From Octopus sinensis (taxonomy: Eukaryota): a DNA stretch of 64,000 nucleotides. Position 1 is the stretch's first letter; each line of letters opens with the position of its first letter. A program made the translations under genes and the position numbers. This document shows positions 54,590-64,000 of this stretch, piece by piece. The stretch spans positions 34,472,001-34,536,000 of the forward strand of contig NC_043009.1 in the NCBI RefSeq assembly GCF_006345805.1, given 5' to 3'. The notes beneath the pieces are model-generated. The model saw nothing but the letters and a program-made list of their open reading frames with translations. It made no database searches and was not told where the DNA came from.

Positions 54590-56160
54590 ACCTTAAACGC
54601 ACATTGTCAAGAGACGGTGGTCTTGATGCAGAGATATACTATCGAACTATCGAATTGGACAGGGAAGTGTTGCATTTGGAAAGCTGGAAAAGCGAATTTG
54701 GGTGGATGGAAGTATTTCCTTGAAGACAAAAATAAGTATCTATAAAATGTCTGTAAAAACTGCAGTTCTTTAATTGAGTGAGATGTGGACCACTCAGTTG
54801 TCATATGAAAATGCTGGAGAGATTTCACTAAAAGTGCCTCAGACGTGACTTGGGAGTCAAGTGGGAATATTTCATACCAGATACAGAAGTTTTGCGGGTG
54901 TTATTTTGGCGTGTGATCTACAAGGGAGGTTACTTTAGGTTACATTTTAGTTTACTTTTCAATTTCTAAAAACCCATAAGATGTTCGCTAAAGATTTTTA
55001 CAATGTGATCAGCGACGAGACGAAGGCAGTTGAATTTCTACAAGAAACCAGCACTAAATTCACATCATTTCTTAAGAAAATGAAAAGTGCTACTTTCGCG
55101 TGTGATCTACAATTTGCTGTGGTGGGTGATCTATGCGCTTATTTTAATTATCATATGGTTTTCTTATTAAAATAGTAAGAATTTTGAAAAAAATACATTT
55201 ACAATGCTAAGTATGTACAAAATAATTTATTTAAAAAAATTGAATAGCAATTTGATAATAAAGATGAAATATAAATTTGAATAATTTTATCAATGAATTC
55301 AGCGAACATCTAGAAACATAAGAAAAAGGTCTTCAGTACTTTTCCTCATCCGTAGCCAACAGAAATAGTCAAGGTGAGATTGGAAGGTTCTTTGGTTCAC
55401 TCCTCTCATCTTTTTCAAATTATGAATTTTCGAATCCAACCAGGTTCTTTCAATTGCTTCAGTATTGGTTCCAGTATTTGGATCAACATATCTTTGGTGG
55501 TTGACAGTAGAATAGTGGAAATTTAGATGATTTAGTTTGGAGTATGCTGGCCATTCGTTGGAATGAATAACCGAATTTTCTGCAACTTCTCTTTGGATTA
55601 TGGGTTCAAGTGCGTAAGCACATTGTAGCTCAACTGAACAACATGTTATCTTGGCTCAAATGAGATGGGTTGGATATGTTATTCATTAGAATGAAAGATG
55701 AGCGATTGCCAAAACGTCTTTGTTTGGTGAGCTCAACTCTGGTAAGCAACTGCAACGTAAGCCAAGGAAAAGTTATAAAGACTGTGTGAAGGGAAACCCG
55801 AAGAAACTAGACATGAACATGGGTGAGTGGGAAACTGATGCTCTGGCTCGGAATAAGTGGAGAAGTGCTGTTAGTACTGGTTGCAATGGCTGGAAGGAAA
55901 AGATGATTCAGCGCTCTGAGCTTAAAAGGGCCTATCGGAAAGGGACAAGTGGAACTGAAACCAGCAGTAAATATTGGATATGTATTGTGTGCAATGGGGT
56001 TTAGTTGTCAAAATCAAAATAAAGAAATTTGAATATCTTTCACTTGTATTTTAAATCCTGTCAGTCAGCAGTTGGTCTTAAAAGTCATCTAAGGGCTTAT
56101 CAACGGAGTGATTGTGCAGTGTGTGTGTTGACGGTTATCACCTATCAAGATGAAGCAATC
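54590..56160 (+). mobile_element. RTE-clade LINE 3' fragment (distinct family) split by a Merlin insertion
   Basis: YL..TLSRDG.LDAEI...PDTEVL up to 54895; resumes about 55620 with RW.GYV...DERLPKRL.FGEL...KPRKSYKDCVK and a C2H2-like end (GLKSHLR). Confidence 0.75.
54897..55610. mobile_element. Merlin/IS1016-like transposon remnant
   Basis: Minus-strand open frame 55299-55610, absent from the ORF track: IIQREV.ENSVIHSNEWPAYSKL...TVNH..YVDPNTGTNT.AIERTW...MRGV...SHLDYFCW; GGTGY-starting 27-nt TIR-like motif at 54897 and 55086. Confidence 0.8.
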
Positions 56161-56190
56161 ATATATATATATATATATAATATATATATA

Positions 56191-56273
<83 letters not shown>

Positions 56274-56275
<2 letters not shown>

Positions 56276-56630
56276 CGCAGGAGTGGCTGTGCGGTAAGTA
56301 GCTTGCTTACGAACCACATGGTTCCGGGTTCAGTCCCACTGCGTGGCACCTTGGGCAAGTGTCCTCTACTATAAGCCTTGTAGAGTGGATTTGGTAGATG
56401 GAAACTGAAAGAAGCCCGTCGTATATATGTGTTTGTTTGTCACCCCAACATCGCTTGTCAACTGATGCTGGTGTGTTTATGTCACTGTAACTTAGTGATT
56501 CGGCAAAAGAGACCGATAAGTACTAGGCTTACAAAGAGTATGTCCCGGGGGTCGATTTCCTTGACTAAAGGCGGTGCTCCAGCATGGCCGTAGTCAAATG
56601 CCTGAAACAAGTAAAAGAGAAAAAAAAAGA
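56274..56630 (+). mobile_element. SINE family 1 with small internal deletions
   Basis: Head and tail as in 33311. Confidence 0.92.
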
Positions 56631-57084
56631 GTATATATATATATAAATATCGAAAGAGAGAGAGAGAGAGAGGAAGTTAAAACAGCTATCAACCTAAATT
56701 TTAGCCACTGGACTACAAACAAACGACTCCTGTCCACCCTCCCACCAGACAGATTAAATTTGGAGTGCCTTGATTATAATTAAACATGTTCACTAAACCG
56801 CGTCAGCCTTCTTTTTAAGCACAAAATATCCTGTCACGTGACGCTAACGCATGAACATAGCGGGAAACGTACAAAAGGTTAATCACGTGTTCATTCTCTA
56901 CCAACACTTGACAGAAAACATTCAGAGCATTGATTGTTTTGACAAGTTCAGTCCACCGTGTCAACCTTAACTTACGATGGCATTGTCATTTGATACCAAC
57001 ACATGAACTGCCTATAAAAATAGGGAAAGCTTCAAACACTAGTCAAAAGCAAGTCAGCTGTAACATCTTTCTATTTGAACTTTT

Positions 57085-57797
57085 GGATCTTTTCTTTTTG
57101 ATGGACGGAATTTTCTACTCAACTAAACAATTTGAAACTTCGTATACTTGTAGAATGTGTCAAAAGAAAACGTTATTGTAAACAAACTTGTAATTTGTAA
57201 CTTTAACGTAGTTTAATTCTTCGAATTTTAACCAATGAAATCCCAGCATTTGAGCTGAAATCATTTGCTGCGTCTAAAAACTCACATACACACACGTCTT
57301 ATTCATCCTTTTCTCTTCTGTCTTCTGTCTTCTGCATGTGCTAGAAATAACAGCTATATCTCTTAAATCGATGAATTTCGTCGCCCAAAATAAATATTAA
57401 CAATATGGTTTTGAAGGTCCAGAAACAACAAAAACAAAACAATAATATGCCTAAAGCGGTCTAGAGTTTGCGCGTGGAGTGTGAGTCGTATTGTAAAAAT
57501 TTGCGAAATATTTTTTCATAAAAGGATACCCCAGCTTGTCGGAAGCTGTGATATAAATTGGGAAAAAAATCCTCGACACCAGTGCGTAATTGGTACTTAA
57601 TTTATCGACCCCGAAACGATGAAACATTGACCGCCCCACTTCTGGTTTATTTACCTTTTGTGTAAATTTGTTGCGGCAAGGGGCAACTCACGAACGTGTA
57701 TGTATGCTTGTGTGTGTATGTATATTTCCGTTTGTATGTGTGTGTACGCTTATATATTAATTACTATGTGTTTGTGCAAATGTGTATGCATGTGTTT

Positions 57798-57863
<66 letters not shown>

Positions 57864-58135
57864 TGTGTCGTGCGTCTGCTATGTCTGTTTATCAATATCG
57901 ATAACGCAGCAAATGATTTGAGCTCAAATGCTGGGATTTCATTGGTTAAAATTCGAAGATGTTGGGATTTCATTGGTTAAAATTCGAAGAATTAAACTAC
58001 GTTAAAGTTACAACTTACAATTTTGTTTTCAATTTTGTTTACAATAATGTTTTCTTTTGACACATTCTACCAGTATACGAAGTTTCAAATTTTTTAGTTA
58101 ACTAGAAAATTCCGTCCATCAAAAGGAAAAGATTC
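57085..58135. mobile_element. Foldback MITE of the GGATC-terminus family (~190-bp TIRs, 1051 bp)
   Basis: GGATCTTTTC...GAAAAGATTC termini; perfect 8-bp TSD GAACTTTT; contains a SINE family 2 fragment and (GA)n. Confidence 0.9.
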
Positions 58136-58271
58136 GAACTTTTTGAAAGTCAGTGTAAACTGTGAAACCGGTTAAAGCTTTAAATATATTAGAAAAAAAT
58201 ATTTTAACTATTCTCAGTGCCTTTTCAACTTCTATTTTCCTATATATATATATATTATATATATATATATA

Positions 58272-58483
58272 CTTTATATAAAGCAGCAGAAAATTCAGCA
58301 AAACCTGTTACTCTGAGTTTCCCGTTGCCGTTCATCAAAAACTGTCCGATGAACGGCAACGGGAAACTCAGAGTAACAGGTTTTGTTGAATTTTCTGCTG
58401 CTTTATATAAAGCATATTACTCTACCACTGGTATTTGAGTACTCTTTTTTCCACCTTGTTTCACATTTATGTGTTTACTCCGG

Positions 58484-58484
<1 letters not shown>
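58272..58484 (+). mobile_element. Penelope-type pseudo-LTR with 65-bp inverted arm and hammerhead (58342-58379)
   Basis: Arms 58272-58336 and 58348-58412 (1 mismatch); CUGU CCGAUGA A CG GCAA CG G GAAA CUC A GAG UA ACAG. Confidence 0.8.
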
Positions 58485-58540
<56 letters not shown>

Positions 58541-58859
58541 ATATATATATAATTATTTATAATAACGGTAATAGGATTAATAATGAAAACCAGATTAAAG
58601 ATAGTAATAATAATACCAATTTTAAAAACGCTAAGATGATTAATCCATATTCTATTGAAATCGCCACTAGGAAAGTAAATAATAATGAAAGGGAAACTAC
58701 TCAATTAAATGATCCTATAAATCCTATAACTAATAGACAGGCGCACATGCTGATTAGAAAGAGTAGCAACTATTATGAAAACAGTAATAATAAATATAAT
58801 AAGCAAAAATATAAAACAAACACAAACATTATAAAATCTAATAATGAAACCGTAGATAA

Positions 58860-59210
58860 CCTTACACACGGAAAATGTGATTGTGCTAGGAGAACGCAAT
58901 GCAAATTTTAAAATAACTGTAAAGTAGGAAATATTGTCTATAGATGTGTAGTCACAACAGATAAAAATAAGTGTTAGCTCATGCAAAGAATAGACAAAAA
59001 TAATGAAAGTTCGTTTAGAAATAATACTAGAAAATTTTCAACAAGTCTTAGCAAGCTTAAGAATAAAAACATTAGATATTCATTAAAATGGGAAACTAAT
59101 TAGTACTGCGAAACCTTATAAAATAAAGGATGAAAGATGCAATCCATGGCTGGAGGAATTATACCAAATATTTACTTTGAAAACTAAATTAGTTAACACT
59201 AAAGAAGAAG
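58860..59210 (+). mobile_element. Penelope GIY-YIG endonuclease relic
   Basis: GKCDCARRTQCKF*NNCKVGNIVYRC...LSKLK...YSLKWE, resembling 18235-18560. Confidence 0.6.
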
Positions 59211-59382
59211 AAATCTTTAATTGATTACACAATGTTTTCTTTGTAAAAAGTTTGAGTTACAGAATGCATTAATTTATATAATTTCAGTAATTTTTTTCTC
59301 TAAACATAACTATAATAACTATACTAATAAAGATGCATATAAAGAATATAAGAATTCAATTTATAAGATTATATTTATTATA

Positions 59383-60680
59383 TCGGGTTGGCAACTAATT
59401 TCCTGCCGTTTTTTTAAATTTTAAATTTCTAAAAGGTTTAATAGAAAAATAACAACTAATTAATCAATATTGAATTCACCCTTGTTTACAACTTCTTCCC
59501 AAAGTTCAACAAGATTTTCAATACCTTGTTGGTAGAAATCACCCGATTTCGACTCGAAAAATTGATCCAACCAAGCTCTCAATTCTGCATCAATATTGAA
59601 CGAAACTCCGCGCATAGCATTTGAAAGAGATCGAAAGAGGTGGAAATCTGTTGCTGCCAAATCAGGAGAGTACGGTAGGTGTAGCAGCACCTCCCAACCA
59701 TACCTTTGAATGGCTTCCTTCGTCATATTGGCGATATGAGGGTGGGCGTTGTCGTGCAGCAGAAGAACTCCATGCTGCCGATTAGGTCTTTTCTCTTGAA
59801 TAACTGTGTTGAATCACCCCATCTGTTGAACATAGAGTCCTGCGTTGACCGTTTGGTTCCGTTCAAGCAATTCGTAATGGATGATCCCTTCCCAGTCCCA
59901 CCATATGCACAACATCGTTTTACGCGGATGAAGATCTTGTTTCACGCGCGGTGTCGCTTGTTCACCGAGGCTAAGCCATTCCTTACGCTGCTTCATATTG
60001 ATGTACAGGCACCATTTTTCATCGCCAGTAACGATTCGGTAAAGAAATCGTTGCTTGTGTCCATGTGCTGAGCGGTGACGAGCAAGCAAACCAGCGGAGA
60101 TTGTGGCTCGTTGATTTTTGTTATTGTCACTTAAAGCATGCAGAACCCATGCTCCATACTTCTAAACCTTTCCCATCGTGTGAAGATGCTTCTTTATAGC
60201 AATGTTGGAGCATACCATTTTCTCTGCCAGTTCCCTTGTCGTTTGATGAGAATTTTCGTGCAAAAGTTGGTTTAATTGCTCTTCATCGAACTTAACTGGA
60301 CGGCCAGAACGAGGTGCGTCTTTGAAGTCAAAATTTCCATTTTTGAACTTGGCATACCAATCACGAGTGGTTCTTTCAGCTATGGCACCCTCTTCATATA
60401 CAGCACAAATGTCGTGAGTAGCTTTTGCGTCCTTAGAACCTTTATTAAAAGCAAAAAGAAGGTGTCGAAAATGTTCGTTTTTCCTTAACTTGACATTCCA
60501 TTTTAATGATCTGAAAATAAACAACAATTAACTAAAATTAACTAGAAAAAACAAAACAAGACAAAATAGATTCCAAAATGATTCAAAAATAGAATTCTCG
60601 AAAAAAATAGATTCCAAAATTTAAAAACACAATAAATTCCAAAATTAAAAAAAACGGCGGAAACTTAGTTGCCAACCCAA
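59383..60680 (-). mobile_element. Full-length mariner (DD34D-type), 1298 bp, frameshifted transposase
   Basis: TIR T(T/C)GGGTTGGCAACTAA, TA flanks; APRSGRP, IVTGDEKW, LLLHDNA and YSPDLA.TD motifs. Confidence 0.95.
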
Positions 60681-61735
60681 TAATTTAGAAACACTTTAAA
60701 ACAATAATGATAATAATAAGAATTTAAATTATAACTGAATACTTCTTTTTAATTATTGCTTAGTAATTATCCACTACTACAATTAAATCCATTAAAATAC
60801 CCTGTAACTATAAAGTATGTAAATTTAATCAAAAATAAGTATTCTATAAGTAACCACTCCTGCCTAGCCAAGAACATTTGCAAACTTCAACAAACACTGC
60901 TGCTACTGCAATTGATACTGCTACTGTTACTGAATTTTTTTTCCAAAACAAACAGCTGAGAAAAACATCTCATACGGGAATGGCATGGTTTACTGCTACT
61001 ACCAAGCCTAATTCAAACTAATAGCAGAGGAAACTTCCTCTATGAACAATGCCATACTTATATACCTTGAAGAGATCATACCAATAATGCATAAATCGCT
61101 GCATAATGAATATGCAACTATATGAAGTAGGTGCGATCGAAGTACGTGTTGGACTGTTATTACAAATAAACTAACTGGAAATAAGCGTAAAGTTTGAATG
61201 TTCAAATTCTTCATTCTCCTTATTATCAGTATTGTACTTGACACTCTAAGTAGCCAAGAAGAAAAGTAGGACACCGGAATTTGGTATCTGCCTGGATATT
61301 ATATCCCTCCTCTTACTATATACATGCATACATACATACATACATACATATATATATATATATAATATCAACAATTTGTTGAATTTGTTGACACTGTTAG
61401 TTGGAGTGGTTCATCTGAAGCGACAAGTTCGCTGATAGGTAAAGTTCCTTCTTTTTAGTGTTTCCAAATCCAAATTAAGAAATTTTGAGCTGACGAAAGA
61501 AATGCTGATTTTATTTGGCTAATCTTGAAACGTTGACGTACTCAAACGATCTATGTACTTGTGATATTTTTCTGTATTTACCCCCAAACCTTCGTGAGCT
61601 GTCTAGAGTAAACATTATCTGAGAGAAATTTTCTTTAAGTAGTGGAAATGCTAAGAAAATTTTTTTGCCTGCTATTTCTACTAAGTTCAGTATGTGGCAA
61701 AATAATTTATTTTACTAAGCCCTAATTATATAATG

Positions 61736-61793
<58 letters not shown>

Positions 61794-61804
61794 TATTATT
61801 TATT

Positions 61805-61947
61805 TAAAGCAGCAGAAAATTCAACAAAACCTGTTACTCTGAGTTTCCCGTTGAATTTTCTGCTGCTTTAAATAAAGCATATTACTCTACACTGGTATTT
61901 GAGTACTCTTTTTTTCCCACCTTGTTTCACATTATGTGTTTACCTCC

Positions 61948-61950
<3 letters not shown>
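61805..61950 (+). mobile_element. Second copy of the 58272 pseudo-LTR with the hairpin centre deleted
   Basis: Lacks the equivalent of 58328-58388; junction at GTTG microhomology. Confidence 0.85.
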
Positions 61951-61985
<35 letters not shown>

Positions 61986-63260
61986 TATACATTACACTTG
62001 TACACACACACACTTACATTCATACACACACACACCTACACAGCCATACCCTCACTCAGACACACACACACAAACACACACAGACACACACCCATACATA
62101 CATACATCTACACACACACGCCTACACACATACATACACACATACATAAACACACACACATACACATACACACACATACATACACACACATACACGGACA
62201 CACCCATACATACTTACATACATACACCTATACACACACGCCTACACACCTACATACACACACATGCATACACACACACACATGTACGCACATACACACA
62301 CATATACGCACATACATATATACCCACACACATGCACACACACACATACGCACATGCATGCATGCATGCACACGCGCACACCTACACGCATACACACACA
62401 CACACGCACGTACACATACATACATACACACACACATACATACACCCATACACATACATGCATCCTACACACACATACATACATACTCACACATACATAC
62501 ACACACACACACACTCACTCACACACCTGTATGTACGCGCACACACATGCACATACACACACTTCCACACACCCACACGTACATACATACACACTCATTC
62601 ACATACACACACACACACACACGGACACACATCTATGCACACACATATATACACACATACTCACATACATTCATCGGACACACTGACACCCAGACATACA
62701 CACAGACACACTCACACATCCACACACATACATACTTACGCGCATACTCGCAGGCGCGCGCACACACGCGCGCACACACACGCGCGCACACACGCGCGCA
62801 CACACGCGCTTGCGCCGGTTCGCGCACGCATACGCGCTGCATGCACCTCGCTCTTGGACCCGACTAGACCTCCCGCTCGTTCTTGGGACCGTCGCCTGTC
62901 GTTGGGTTCTCCCACGCCCGTCTCCGCGGGACCACTCTTCCATCTTCCCCTCAGCTGGAGTCCTTTTTCCTTAACCCCCCCTTTTTTGTTACACACACGC
63001 ACACACATACACACACCCACTCACACACACATTGCTTAAATATATACATTACTCTTACACACATTCAAATTTACTCGCCATTAATACTACCACGACACTG
63101 GACACACACACACACTACTACTCAACACACGCTGGCACGCTACATACGCCCCCACCCCTTCCCCTCCCTCCCTTCCTCCTTCCTTCATTTTCTTACTACT
63201 GTTGCCTACTACTGTTCGCCCTACCTCACACGCCTACACACAGACGCACACACTGACAAT
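61951..63260. repeat. Degenerate (CA)n / (CATA)n tract
   Basis: Source of the HT- and CV-repeat pseudo-ORFs. Confidence 0.9.
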
Positions 63261-64000
63261 CATTAATTGTGTTGATGTGCCATTTTCTATCATTAATAAA
63301 TCTTATCGGCATTTTTGACGACTCGGGTATGCTAGTATTTATATATTATGTAAGGTTGCTAGGAAGCGCTCCTTAGTAACATGTGAATCATGTTAGTAAC
63401 ATGTGAGCCAGTACAATATATATGCTTAGGTTTGGAGAGAGTAGTGATTAAACCGTCATCCACTCCAATCTAACCTCTTGGACCAGGTAGCTTAAAACCC
63501 AGTACTTATTTCTCGAACGACTGCCATTATCTTGCAATTGTAGCTACTGTACTGTTCCTCTCATTTCTATATTCTCAATTCTCTCTTCTTTTACTTGTTC
63601 TCTATAAATTCCCCATTGACTCCTTCCTTCATTTCTTATGTCATTTTGATCTCATTATTACTTTAAAGCCTTCTCTCTCCCCTTTTATACCGCGATGGCG
63701 TTTTATATTCACATATATTGAGTATTTTCAACCTCCCAAATTTATCTCTCCCGATGATTGAATTGTAAAGGAACTGTTTGGAACAGGTTGGGTCTTTTGC
63801 ACTGTTTGGGTGCAACACAATTTCCTACTTTGTTTCCAAAAAACTACCGGTGTCAGGAACAAGAAAGCAACCTTAGAAAATATGACACTTTATTTCGTTA
63901 TTTACATAAAGAAGGCACGTTGGTAAATTGGTAACCACTTGGTGTAGGTACAGCAAGACTGAAGTTAAACATGTGTAAAGATAAACCTCACAACAACTCC

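Noticed and set aside
61899-63039. 322 and 367 aa His/Thr-rich ORFs
   Set aside because: Translation of degenerate (CA)n.

Overview
AT-rich, microsatellite-dense eukaryotic DNA made up almost entirely of transposable elements. The SINE and LINE families match my recollection of octopus (coleoid cephalopod) repeats; this is an inference, with no database search run. I found no confidently supported host protein-coding exon, and most ORFs in the track are microsatellite or antisense artefacts. Retroelements present: RTE LINEs (one family with a PHD finger inside the RT), RTE-BovB, CR1, L1/Tx1, an R4/Dong fragment, Penelope-like elements and at least three tRNA-derived SINE families. DNA transposons present: pogo/Tigger with an intron, DD41D rosa, a full-length mellifera-like mariner, Chapaev3, Merlin, and two MITE families with GG...CC ends and 8-9 bp target-site duplications. 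The signal the ORF track misses is a set of about ten hammerhead-ribozyme (HHR) motifs from several unrelated Penelope pseudo-LTR families. These include a perfect 105-bp palindrome with an intact HHR on each strand, a recurrent CCGANGA core variant, and a tRNA-headed SINE that carries an HHR. Repeat boundaries given without a TIR or TSD are approximate.
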